Assembly: GCA_035776735.1 (NCBI GenBank)
Contig: DASSSO010000033.1
Coordinates: forward strand, 582 to 64,581
DNA: 64,000 bases
Direction of reading: 5' to 3'
Origin: Gaiellaceae bacterium
Lineage (GTDB): Bacteria; Actinomycetota; Thermoleophilia; Gaiellales; Gaiellaceae
Under the pieces are notes generated by a model. It was not told the origin of the DNA. It did no database searches and was given only the letters and a program-made list of their open reading frames with translations. The translations under genes were made by a program, and so were the position numbers. Numbering within the stretch: position 1 is the stretch's first letter; every line of letters starts with the position of its first letter. Positions 1 through 8,521 of the stretch are shown here, in pieces.

Positions 1-683
1 TGGCGATCCGCGGCCGGCGGGCCGAAGGCTGGCGGATCGCCGCCTTCGCCGCCGGCTGCCTGCTTCTCCTCGTAACCGCCGTCACTCCCCTCGAGGCGCT
101 CAGCTACCACCTGCTCTCGGCGCACCTGCTGCAGAACGTGATCCTCGCCGAGTGGGCGCCGGCGCTCCTCGTCCTCGGCATCCCCGCCGCGCTCGCCGAG
201 CGGATCGGCGCCCTACCCGCCGTCCGCGAGCTGACCCGCCCGCCGGTCGCGCTCGGCCTCTGGCTGCTCACCTACTTCGTCTGGCACCTACCCCCCGCCT
301 ACGACACCGCGCTCGAGCATCCCGCCACCCTGCTCCACCTCGAGCACGTGTGCTACCTGGCGGCCGGCTCGCTCCTCTGGTGGCCCGTGTTCCAGGACGC
401 CCCGCACCGACTCTCGAATGCGTCGAGGGCGCTGTACCTCTTCCTCGCCTTCCTGCTCGCGAGCCCGGTCGGTCTCCTGCTCGCCCTCGCCCCGGAGCCG
501 GCCTACGACTACTACGTCCAGGGCGGCGGCCTCTGGGGCCTGGGCCCGCACTCGGACCAGCAGGTGGCGGGCGTGACGATGGCGGTCGAGCAGTCGATCG
601 TGTTCTTCGCGGTCTTCGCCGTCTACTTCTTCCGCTTCCTCGCCGACGAGGAACGGGTGGCAGCTGCATCGGGGTCCGAATAG
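1..683 (+). CDS. ctaG: cytochrome c oxidase assembly factor CtaG-like membrane protein (caa3_CtaG family); 5' end lies outside the window
   Basis: The frame is open from nt 3. The protein is polytopic and hydrophobic, with HLLQNVILAEWAPALLVLG and LLWWPVF motifs typical of caa3-type CtaG. Stop TAG at 681-683. Confidence 0.6.
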   Translation, partial: AIRGRRAEGWRIAAFAAGCLLLLVTAVTPLEALSYHLLSAHLLQNVILAEWAPALLVLGIPAALAERIGALPAVRELTRPPVALGLWLLTYFVWHLPPAYDTALEHPATLLHLEHVCYLAAGSLLWWPVFQDAPHRLSNASRALYLFLAFLLASPVGLLLALAPEPAYDYYVQGGGLWGLGPHSDQQVAGVTMAVEQSIVFFAVFAVYFFRFLADEERVAAASGSE

Positions 684-698
684 GCCGATCGGCCTATT
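679..698. repeat. perfect 20-nt palindrome AATAGGCCGATCGGCCTATT (copy 1 of a motif repeated at 7128-7146)
   Basis: Read directly: aataggccga/tcggcctatt. It overlaps the ctaG stop and lies 41 nt upstream of the PAS-protein ATG. Confidence 0.8.
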
Positions 699-738
699 GC
701 ATTCCGCCCGCGCGGCTGCCAGCGTGTCAGGAGCGCCC

Positions 739-1128
739 ATGGCCACTCACATCGCACCCCTGGAGCAGGATCTCGTCCAGGAGACGCTCCTCGGGGAAGC
801 GCTCGAGCACGCGCCCATGGGAGCGATCGTCCTCGACGAGGACGGCCGCTACCTCGCCGCCAACAGGGTCGCCTGCGAGCTCTCCGGCTACACGCGCGAA
901 GAGCTCCTCGAAGGCGGCGCGAAGGCGCTCGCCCTCGACCCCGGGCGCCTTCCCGAGCGGATGTCGAGGATGGCGAGCGGCGACCTCCGCAGCGGCGTGG
1001 GGCGGCTGCGCCGCAAGGACGGCGTGCCGGTCACCTGCGAGTTCCGGGTGGGCGCGACACGAAGCGGCGGCATGCCGTTCTTCGTCGTCGTCTTCTGGGA
1101 GACGGACGGGACGGCCGACACGTCGTAG
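739..1128 (+). CDS. single PAS-domain protein
   Basis: ATG 739 is preceded by AGGAG at 728-732. The sequence GAIVLDEDGRYLAANRVACELSGYTREELL ... RRKDGVPVTCEF is a typical PAS fold signature. Confidence 0.6.
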   Translation: MATHIAPLEQDLVQETLLGEALEHAPMGAIVLDEDGRYLAANRVACELSGYTREELLEGGAKALALDPGRLPERMSRMASGDLRSGVGRLRRKDGVPVTCEFRVGATRSGGMPFFVVVFWETDGTADTS

Positions 1129-1202
1129 TCGGGACGGCCGGATTCGAACCGGCGGCCTCCTGCTCCCAAAGCAGGCGCGCTACCAGGCTGCGCCACGTCC
1201 CG
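1129..1202 (-). tRNA. tRNA-Pro (anticodon TGG), 74 nt, no encoded CCA
   Basis: The reverse complement folds as a cloverleaf. Acceptor CGGGACG/CGTCCCG; D arm GCGC-AGCCTGGTA-GCGC; anticodon arm CCTGC-TTTGGGA-GCAGG (anticodon TGG); T arm GCCGG-TTCGAAT-CCGGC; discriminator A. Confidence 0.9.
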
Positions 1203-1268
1203 CCGATCCCAGTGTAGAGCGAGCGCCCGAGGGCCTCGTGCCGCAGCGCCGTCGTTAGGCTCGGCCGC

Positions 1269-2183
1269 GTGACCCGCCGGCCCGCGCTGGGGTACGCGAT
1301 GGTGCTCACGGCGGCGACGCTCTGGGCGCTCAACGGCACCGTCTCGAAGGTGATCATCCAGTCGGGCGGCGTCACCCCCGAGCGCCTGACGCAGGTCCGG
1401 GCGACCGGCGCCTTTCTCCTCCTCGTCGCCGCGCTGCTCGTCTGGCGGCGCTCGACGCTCGGAGTAAGCCGGCGCGAACTGCCCTTCCTGGCCGTGTTCG
1501 GCGTCTGCGGGCTGGCACTCGTCGCCTGGTTCTATTTCGTGGCGATCGACCGGCTGGAGATCGCCGTCGCCCTGCTGATCCAGTACGTCGCGCCCGTCCT
1601 TGTCGCCCTGTACGCGCGGTACGTGCTGCACGAGCCGGTGCGGCGCCGGATCTGGGCGGCACTTGCCCTGGCGATCGTCGGGCTCTCCCTCCTCCTGCAA
1701 CTCTGGAACGGCATCGAGCTGGACACGATCGGACTGCTCGCGTCGGTGGGCGCGGCCGTGACCTTCGCGCTCTACATCCTCATGGCCGACGAGGGGCTGA
1801 AACGTCGCTCGACGAGCTCGCTGCTCACCTACGGCTTCCTCTTCGCGGCGCTCTTCTGGACGATCGTCCAGCCGTGGACCAGCTTCCCGTGGCAGCTCGT
1901 GGACGACAGCGTCTCCCTGCTCGGACGCCTCGAGTCGATCGAGCTCCCCGTCTGGCTGCTGATGGGCTGGATGGTCGTGCTCGGCACCATCGTCCCCTTC
2001 GGGCTGCTCGTCGCGGCGCTGCGCCACATCCGACCGACGCGGGCGGGCATCCTCGCGATGTTCGAGCCCGTCGCCGCAACGGTCATCGCCTATGCGTGGC
2101 TGGGCGAAAAGCTCGATCCGGTTCAGCTCGTCGGAGCGGCAGTGGTTCTCTGCGGCATCGTTCTTGCGCAAACCTCACGGTAA
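1269..2183 (+). CDS. EamA/DMT-family transporter
   Basis: About 10 TM segments in two EamA-like halves, with a GTG start. The N-terminus ALGYAMVLTAATLWALNGTVSK is typical of the family. Confidence 0.8.
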   Translation: MTRRPALGYAMVLTAATLWALNGTVSKVIIQSGGVTPERLTQVRATGAFLLLVAALLVWRRSTLGVSRRELPFLAVFGVCGLALVAWFYFVAIDRLEIAVALLIQYVAPVLVALYARYVLHEPVRRRIWAALALAIVGLSLLLQLWNGIELDTIGLLASVGAAVTFALYILMADEGLKRRSTSSLLTYGFLFAALFWTIVQPWTSFPWQLVDDSVSLLGRLESIELPVWLLMGWMVVLGTIVPFGLLVAALRHIRPTRAGILAMFEPVAATVIAYAWLGEKLDPVQLVGAAVVLCGIVLAQTSR

Positions 2184-2232
2184 TTCATGCGAAAATCTAC
2201 TCGTTTAATCACCGTGGAATGCGCCGTCCCGA

Positions 2233-2748
2233 ATGTATGGCAGACTCCTCGGCCGAGTGGTGGGAAGCCGCACACTTCTCGCCCTGGTCGTTGGGGGGAT
2301 CGTGTTCCTGGCGTCGTCGCCGGGAGCGATGTCGTCCGGCCAGGTCAGCCAGGCGCAGTTGTCGGGGCAGGAGCAGAGCCTCCTCAACGCGATCAACCGG
2401 GCACGCGCCAGGCACGGCCGACAACCCCTGCGCATCGCCTCTCCGCTGCAGCGGGCCGCCCGCTCGCACTCGAACGCGATGATGCGCACCGGCAACTTCG
2501 GGCACGGGAACTGGTACCAGCGCCTGCGCCGGCACGGCGCCCGGGCCCGCATGCTGGGGGAGACGATCGCGTGGGGCTCAGGCCCGCACGGGACCGCGGC
2601 CGCGATCGTCCGGATGTGGCTCGGGAGCCCGTCTCACCGTGCGACGGTGCTGCACAGCGGGTTCCGCTACGTCGGGGTCGGAGTCGCAACCGGTACGTTC
2701 TCCGGGTACGGCGGCGCAAGCGTCGCGACGGCCGACTTCGGCGGATAG
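2233..2748 (+). CDS. secreted CAP/SCP (YkwD-like) domain protein
   Basis: N-terminal TM/signal segment, then LLNAINRARARHG...PL...L..AARSHS..M...G.F.H and WLGSPSHRATVL motifs of CAP/SCP domains. Confidence 0.7.
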   Translation: MYGRLLGRVVGSRTLLALVVGGIVFLASSPGAMSSGQVSQAQLSGQEQSLLNAINRARARHGRQPLRIASPLQRAARSHSNAMMRTGNFGHGNWYQRLRRHGARARMLGETIAWGSGPHGTAAAIVRMWLGSPSHRATVLHSGFRYVGVGVATGTFSGYGGASVATADFGG

Positions 2749-2750
2749 TC

Positions 2751-3200
2751 CTACTCGACCAGGAGCGCCCTCAGCTCGGCGATCTTCTCTCGCCGGAGCT
2801 CCTCCCGCTCGCCGCGCCGCACGCGCTCGAGCAGGTTCTCGACGACCGATGCGAGCTCCACGGGATTGAACGGCTTCGTGATGTAGTCGACGCCGCCCAG
2901 CTCGAGCCCCTTCGCGCGGTCCCGCAGCTCGGCACGGGCGGTGAGGAAGACGAGCGGGATGTGGCTCGTGGCCTCGTCGTCGACCAGGCGCTCGGCCACC
3001 TGCCAGCCGTCCATGCCCGGCATCATCACGTCGAGGAGGATCACGTCGGGCCGCTCGGCCCGGGCGGCCTCGACGCCGGCGACCCCGTCGGCCGCCTCCA
3101 GCACCGTCATGCCCTCCGCCTCGAGGTTCACGCGGCAGAGCAGGCGAATCGGCGCTTCGTCGTCGACGACGAGGACTCGGGTGGGCACGGCTCGGTCCAT
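2751..3200 (-). CDS. receiver-only response regulator (CheY-like)
   Basis: RVLVVDDE, phospho-acceptor context ILLDVMMPGMDG, LTAR and YITKPF motifs. ATG at 3200 was chosen over the longer track start. It lies immediately downstream of the kinase. Confidence 0.85.
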   Translation of the reverse strand: MDRAVPTRVLVVDDEAPIRLLCRVNLEAEGMTVLEAADGVAGVEAARAERPDVILLDVMMPGMDGWQVAERLVDDEATSHIPLVFLTARAELRDRAKGLELGGVDYITKPFNPVELASVVENLLERVRRGEREELRREKIAELRALLVE

Positions 3201-3208
3201 GGGCGCTC

Positions 3209-6200
3209 CTATACCCGACTCTCCGGGGCCTGAGTCAAGGTCATCGGCAGCTCGAAGACGAAGCACCCACCCTGCCCGCTGTCGGAGTCGACCCAGACGC
3301 GGCCGCCCATCGCGCTCGCGAGGCCGCGGGCGATGAAGAGCCCGAGGCCGGTGCCGCCGGGAGCCTGGCGGGTCGCCTCAGCGCGGTAGAACTTCCGGAA
3401 GATCCGCTCCTGCTCGCTCTGGGGAACGCCGGCGCCCTCGTCGACGACGCGAACCTGCACGGCGTCGTGCGTCCTGCGGGCGGCGACCGTGACCGTCCCG
3501 CCCTGCGGGGAGAACTTGACGGCGTTGTCGACGAGGTTCGCGAGGATCTGCCGCACCTTGTCCCGGTCGGCCGACGCGTCGAGCGGCTCGTCGGGGACCT
3601 CGACGACGAAGCGCCGCGCGTTCGCGAGCTCGCGCTCGGCGCTCTCGACGACGTCGGAGACCACCTCGCGGAGGTCGGTCGGCGCGAACTGGACCTGAAG
3701 GTCGCCGCTCTCGAGGCGCGCGACGCTCAGCAGCGCGTCCACGATCCCGGTCAGGCGCTGCGCCTCCGTGGCGATGTAGCCGAGGAACGTGCGGCGCGCC
3801 TCGTCCTCGAACGCCACGTCCTCCCGCAGGAGCGTCTCGGCGAAGCCGTAGATCGACGTCAGCGGCGCGCGCAGCTCATGCGAGACCGTGGAGACGAAGC
3901 CGGACTTCAGCTGCTCCACGAGGTGATCGGAGGACACGTCCCTGAACGCGTAGATGCGGCCGGCGACCGCCCCGGCGGGATCCCGCATCACGGCCTCGCT
4001 GACCGAGAGCCAGACCTCCTCCCCCCCGCGATGGATCTGGATCAGCCCGCGCCCCTCCGCCGAGGTCTCGTCGGGCTCGAGGCTCCGCTGGAGGACGTCC
4101 GCCGGCGTCCGTCCCATCGCCTCCGCCGCCGGCACGTCCGTGATCTCCTCCGCCGCCGCGTTCCACAGCACGACGCAGCCCTCCCGGTCGACCGCGACGA
4201 TCCCGTCGGCGACGTTGCCGAGAATCGCCACGCTCCGTTCCCGTTCCAGCACGACGCGCTGGTAGAGCTCGGCGTTGGACAGGAACGCGGACACGTTGGC
4301 CGCGAGCGCGGCGAGCGCCTCGACCTCCTCGTCGCGCCAGGAGCGCGCGCCGCGCGCGTACACGGCGAGGACGCCGTGCACGGCTCCCTCCGGGCCGACG
4401 AGCGGGGCGCCGAGATAGGCGGCGTGGCCCGCCTCCAGCAGCGCGTCGGAGCCGCTGAGGATCCCGCCGGCTCGCGCGTCGCCGACCGCCACCGGGCCGC
4501 GGGACTGGACGACCTCCCCCGCGAGCTCCCCAACCGCCGAGACACGGCTGCCGATCGCCGCGTCAGCGCCTTCCCCGTGGGCCGCGCTGACCACGAGCTC
4601 GTCGCCTTCGAGCATGCTCACCGCGGCCGCGTCGGCGCCGACGAGCCCGGGCGCCTGCTCGACGATCTCCTCGAGGATCGCGTCGGGGTCGAGCTCGCTC
4701 GCGAGCAGCGTCCCCGTCCGGGCGAGCTGCTGCGCGATCGCGCGGTTCCGCCGCTCGGCCTCGAAGAGCTCCGCGCGCTCGAGGGCTCCCCGTGCGGCAC
4801 CGGCGAGATGGTGGGCCAGCTCGATCTCGTCGTCGGAGAAGGCCTGTTCCTCGGAGAAGAAGACGAGGCCGATGCCGGTCTGCTCGCGTCTCGGCGCCTC
4901 GACGGGGACCGCGACGAGCGAGCGGAAGCCCATCCCGTCCGCGAGCCCGCGCCAGGCGTCGCCGAAGCGATCGTCCTCGGCGACGTGCGGCGAGGCGAGC
5001 ACGCGCTTGCGGAGGGCCGCGTCATGCAGGGGCTCCGCTCCGCCGACGCCTTTCGCGAGGAACTCGGAGACCGCGGGAGGGAGCTCGTGCGCGCCCGAGA
5101 GCCGCAGCCCGCCGTCGCCGGGCATGAGCACGGCCGCGAAGCTCCCGCCGAGCGCCTCGCTCGCCGCCTGGGCGACGGCGTCGAGGGTCTCGTCCAGGGA
5201 GAGGGGCTGGGCGAGGACGGACGCGATCCGGAAGAACCCTCGCTGGATCCGTACCTGCCGCGCGCTCTGCTCGATGCTCGCCACGTTGCGGAGCGCGACC
5301 GAGCCGAGGTTCGCGAACGCCTCCAACACCTCGACGTCCTCCGCGCTGAAGCGCCGGTCGGGGTCCTTCGTCCCGACGCCGATGACGCCGCGGACCTCGC
5401 CCCACCAGGTCATCGGGGCGACCATCGCGGCGGTGACGCCCTCGTACGCCTCGTGCGGCCTCTCGACCTCGTCGCCGTAGTCGAGTGACACGACCGCCTG
5501 CCGGCGCCGCATCGCCTCGCCCGCGAGCCCGGTCTCGGAGGGGAACTCGAGCTCGATCAGGTTGGCCGGAAGCCCGTACACGGCTGCGCAGCGGAGGACA
5601 CCCCGTCGCGGGTCGAGGAGGTAGCAGTCCGCGGCGTCGGCCTCCAGGAGCTTCGTCACCTCGACCACGAGCCGCTGGAGGACCGCCTCCACCTGGAGCT
5701 CGCTCGTCATCACCTGCGCCGCCTGGACGAGCGCGGCCTGCCGGTCGAGGCGGCGCCGGTTCTCGTCCAGGAGCTGCGCCGTGTGCAGCGCGAGCCCCAC
5801 CTCGCGGGCGACGGCCTCGGCGAGCGACACGTCCGAGGCCGTCCACTCGGTCGTCTCCGCCCGGTGGAGCCCGAAGACGCCGATCACGTCGCCGAAGACC
5901 TCGATCGGCGTCGCGAGCGCCGCCTTCGTCCCGATCTGGAGCAGCGTCTCGACCTGCCCGAGGCTCGGATCCCGCAGCTCGGGATCCTGCGCGACGTCGC
6001 CGGAAACCACCGTCCGGCGCCTTCGAGCGGCGAGGTTCACGACCGGGAGGTTCGGCGCCGCCGTCCCGATCGAATCCACGCCGGGAGCGTCCCACTCGGC
6101 GCGGATCGGCATCGTCCGGCCCGGCTGGCCGAGTCGGATGAAGCAGCGGGCGACGCCGGTGGCCCTGCCCACCTCCTCGACGGCGATGCGGAGCACGGTC

Positions 6201-6940
6201 TCGAGGTCGTGCTCGGAGCGAACGCGCTGGCCGATCTCCGCGACCACGCGCTCGCGGCCGAGCGCCTCCTCGAGCCGCGCCGCGGAACGGGTCTTCTCGA
6301 GCGCGAGCGCCGTCTCGCCCGCGAGCGTCTCCAGCCGCGTCATCTCCTCGGGCGGGAACGCCCGTCGCCGGCTCGTGCTCGCGGCGACGAGCACTGCGAG
6401 TACGCGCGCGCCGGACACGATCGGGACGAACGCGGCGCTCTTGGCGCCGACGCGGTCGGCGAGGCGGCGGTTGACGCGGGGGGAGGACTCGACGTCGAAG
6501 ATCGTCAGCGACGCGGCCTCGAACGCGGCGCTCGCGATCGCCGACGGTTCGTTCTCGAGGTCGATGCGCACCGACGGCCACCAGCCGACGTCCTTGCCGT
6601 CGCTGCTGCGCGCCACGAGGCCGGTCGCCTCCTTCGTGTCGTCGTTGATCTGCGCGACGGCGGTGAACTCGACCCCGAGGAGCGAGGTGACCTCGTCCAG
6701 AAGCGTCTGCGCGACGGCCTCCGCGTCCGTCGCCCGGGCGAGGCCGGCCGACAGCGAGGGCGGCGTCTCGGCCGGCGGCTCCTCCTCCGCCTCCGCGGAA
6801 GTCTCGGGTGTCCCGCGGTTCCGGCGGCGAAGGACGGCAAGGAGCACCGCGGCCGCGACGAGGAGCGCCGCGGCGAGCGCGAGCAGGAGGTAGCCGACGG
6901 CAACCGAGAGAAACGGCTGCGCGGCGATCGTCAGGCACAT
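3209..6940 (-). CDS. membrane-anchored sensor histidine kinase with about five GAF domains, one PAS domain, HisKA and HATPase_c
   Basis: Start ATG 6940 (MCLTIAAQPFLSVAVGYLLLALAAALLVAAAVLLAV is a TM anchor). H-box SHELRAPLTSI, N-box LVDNAVKFSP, G-boxes DEGAGV and GTGLGL. The track ORF continues upstream to 8152, but only as antisense of ispH. Confidence 0.85.
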   Translation of the reverse strand: MCLTIAAQPFLSVAVGYLLLALAAALLVAAAVLLAVLRRRNRGTPETSAEAEEEPPAETPPSLSAGLARATDAEAVAQTLLDEVTSLLGVEFTAVAQINDDTKEATGLVARSSDGKDVGWWPSVRIDLENEPSAIASAAFEAASLTIFDVESSPRVNRRLADRVGAKSAAFVPIVSGARVLAVLVAASTSRRRAFPPEEMTRLETLAGETALALEKTRSAARLEEALGRERVVAEIGQRVRSEHDLETVLRIAVEEVGRATGVARCFIRLGQPGRTMPIRAEWDAPGVDSIGTAAPNLPVVNLAARRRRTVVSGDVAQDPELRDPSLGQVETLLQIGTKAALATPIEVFGDVIGVFGLHRAETTEWTASDVSLAEAVAREVGLALHTAQLLDENRRRLDRQAALVQAAQVMTSELQVEAVLQRLVVEVTKLLEADAADCYLLDPRRGVLRCAAVYGLPANLIELEFPSETGLAGEAMRRRQAVVSLDYGDEVERPHEAYEGVTAAMVAPMTWWGEVRGVIGVGTKDPDRRFSAEDVEVLEAFANLGSVALRNVASIEQSARQVRIQRGFFRIASVLAQPLSLDETLDAVAQAASEALGGSFAAVLMPGDGGLRLSGAHELPPAVSEFLAKGVGGAEPLHDAALRKRVLASPHVAEDDRFGDAWRGLADGMGFRSLVAVPVEAPRREQTGIGLVFFSEEQAFSDDEIELAHHLAGAARGALERAELFEAERRNRAIAQQLARTGTLLASELDPDAILEEIVEQAPGLVGADAAAVSMLEGDELVVSAAHGEGADAAIGSRVSAVGELAGEVVQSRGPVAVGDARAGGILSGSDALLEAGHAAYLGAPLVGPEGAVHGVLAVYARGARSWRDEEVEALAALAANVSAFLSNAELYQRVVLERERSVAILGNVADGIVAVDREGCVVLWNAAAEEITDVPAAEAMGRTPADVLQRSLEPDETSAEGRGLIQIHRGGEEVWLSVSEAVMRDPAGAVAGRIYAFRDVSSDHLVEQLKSGFVSTVSHELRAPLTSIYGFAETLLREDVAFEDEARRTFLGYIATEAQRLTGIVDALLSVARLESGDLQVQFAPTDLREVVSDVVESAERELANARRFVVEVPDEPLDASADRDKVRQILANLVDNAVKFSPQGGTVTVAARRTHDAVQVRVVDEGAGVPQSEQERIFRKFYRAEATRQAPGGTGLGLFIARGLASAMGGRVWVDSDSGQGGCFVFELPMTLTQAPESRV

Positions 6941-7127
6941 GGGCGCCACTGAGCCAGACGGATGATACGGAGCAGCCGTCCGAGAACGAATACGAGGGAG
7001 GCCCGCCGCTCGGGGGGGTCGGTGCGGCGGGCACTCCCCAGTGCTAACCGCGGATCGTGGCCAGGTACGCGCACCGCGGTTCGCGTCGCCCAGTGACGCC
7101 AAGCTACCCCGGCGACCCGTGAATTCC

Positions 7128-7146
7128 AATAGGCCGATCGGCCCAT
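7128..7146. repeat. second copy of the AATAGGCCGATCGGCC motif (AATAGGCCGATCGGCCCAT)
   Basis: 16 of 16 nt are identical to 679-694. In reverse orientation the similarity extends to CAATAGGCCGATCGGCC plus a GAAT-like flank. It lies 32 nt upstream of the ispH ATG, in the divergent kinase/ispH spacer. Confidence 0.75.
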
Positions 7147-7177
7147 CTTTGAAAGCCAGAAACGGTGGCCGGATACC

Positions 7178-8143
7178 ATGGCTCCGATGGTGGAGCGAGT
7201 GCTGCTGGCCTCGCCGCGCGGCTACTGCGCGGGCGTCGAACGGGCTGTCGAGACGGTCGAGCGGCTGCTCGACCTCCACGGGCCCCCGATTTACGTGCGC
7301 AAGCAGATCGTCCACAACCTGCACGTCGTGCGGGACCTCGAGGAGCGGGGCGCGATCTTCGTCGAGAGCGAGACGGAGGTGCCGCCGGGGGCGCGGATCG
7401 TCCTCTCGGCGCACGGCGTCGCCCCGTCCGTCTACGCCAACGCGGGGGAGCGCGGGCTGAAGACGACGGACGCGACCTGCCCCCTGGTGACGAAGGTGCA
7501 CGTCGAGGCCCGGCGCTATGCCGCGGAGGGCTACACGGTCGTGTTGATCGGCCACGCGGGTCACGAGGAGGTGATCGGGACGATGGGCGAGGCGCCCGAG
7601 GCGACCGTCCTCGTCCAGTCGGTCGCGGACGCCGAGGCGCTCCGGCTCGCCGATCCGAACCGGGTCGCCTACATCACGCAGACGACGCTCTCCGTCGACG
7701 AGACGACGGAGATCATCGCCGTGCTCCGGCGGCGCTTCCCCAACATCCGCGCGCCCAAGCGGGACGACATCTGTTACGCCACGTCCAACCGTCAGTGGGC
7801 CGTGAAGGACATGCTCGCCGAGGTCGACCTGCTGCTCGTCATCGGCTCCAGGAACTCGTCCAACTCGAACCGGCTCGTCGAGGTCGCCCGCGCCGGCGGG
7901 GTCGAGTCGCACCTGATCGACGACGAACGCGGCATCGAGCTCCGCTGGCTCGACGGGGTTCGCACCGTCGGGATCACGTCGGGTGCCTCCGCGCCGGAGA
8001 AGCTGGTGGAGCGAGTCTGCGACTGGTTCCGGGCCATGGGCGTGCGGCGCATCGAGCCGTTCCAGTCGGTGCACGAGGACGTCGTGTTCCGCCTCCCCGT
8101 CGAGCTCCGTCGCGAGCTCGCGCTCGCCGAAGCGCAGCGCTAG
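7178..8143 (+). CDS. ispH: 4-hydroxy-3-methylbut-2-enyl diphosphate reductase
   Basis: Full-length IspH/LytB pattern: LASPRGYCAGVERAV, DATCPLVTKVH, HEEV, ICYATSNRQ, GSRNSSNSNRL and ITSGASAPE. Confidence 0.95.
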   Translation: MAPMVERVLLASPRGYCAGVERAVETVERLLDLHGPPIYVRKQIVHNLHVVRDLEERGAIFVESETEVPPGARIVLSAHGVAPSVYANAGERGLKTTDATCPLVTKVHVEARRYAAEGYTVVLIGHAGHEEVIGTMGEAPEATVLVQSVADAEALRLADPNRVAYITQTTLSVDETTEIIAVLRRRFPNIRAPKRDDICYATSNRQWAVKDMLAEVDLLLVIGSRNSSNSNRLVEVARAGGVESHLIDDERGIELRWLDGVRTVGITSGASAPEKLVERVCDWFRAMGVRRIEPFQSVHEDVVFRLPVELRRELALAEAQR

Positions 8144-8146
8144 CGG

Positions 8147-8176
8147 CCGCACGAACCCCGACCTTGTGTTGCATCA
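8147..8176 (-). repeat. left arm of a 30-nt inverted repeat bracketing the 89-aa ORF
   Basis: ccgcacgaaccccgaccttgtgttgcatca. 25 of 30 positions are the reverse complement of 8484-8513, including a 13-nt perfect AT-rich core ttgtgttgcatca. Confidence 0.85.
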
Positions 8177-8443
8177 GAAGAACCGCTGGATGGGGCACAG
8201 GCCGGCGAAGAGATCGCTGACGACCTGGGCCGCCAGCTCGCGGCGCTCCCCGCGCTCGAGCTCGAGCCGGCGTCGCTCGGCGATCAGGTAGCGGCGGACG
8301 AGCCAGTACGTCGGCCTGCCGATGCCGAGCTCCTCCTCGAGCGGGATCAGGCGGCGAAGAGCGTCCGCGTAGCCGATCTCGAAGCGGGCGAGCCCGGCCA
8401 GCGCGGCCTCGTAGTCCGGATGCAAGGCAGGCCAGCGCGGCAC
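8174..8443 (-). CDS. hypothetical 89-aa protein (possible HTH-like segment LGIGRPTYWLVRRYL)
   Basis: GTG start with an in-frame TGA 27 nt upstream. Third-codon positions are almost all G/C, as in neighbouring real genes. I recognise no family. Confidence 0.45.
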   Translation of the reverse strand: MPRWPALHPDYEAALAGLARFEIGYADALRRLIPLEEELGIGRPTYWLVRRYLIAERRRLELERGERRELAAQVVSDLFAGLCPIQRFF

Positions 8444-8483
8444 GCTTCGAAGGTGCCCGAGGAGAGCTCACGGAAGAAGCGAG

Positions 8484-8513
8484 TGATGCAACACAAAGTG
8501 GAACTTCGTGCGG
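8484..8513 (-). repeat. right arm of the 30-nt inverted repeat bracketing the 89-aa ORF
   Basis: tgatgcaacacaaagtggaacttcgtgcgg, the reverse complement partner of 8147-8176. Confidence 0.85.
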
Positions 8514-8521
8514 CTCCGAGC

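Noticed and set aside
1100-1270. The tRNA-Pro locus as an integration hotspot for a mobile element.
   Set aside because: There is no integrase, no direct repeat of the tRNA 3' end, and no compositional shift in the neighbouring EamA or CAP genes within the window.
6941-8152. The N-terminal ~400 codons of track ORF 3209..8152 (1647 aa), which would make the kinase even larger.
   Set aside because: This part runs antisense through the unambiguous ispH gene and is Arg/Pro/Gly/Asp-rich with no domain pattern. A good ATG followed by a TM anchor at 6940 fits kinase architecture. It is a GC-driven open frame, not coding.
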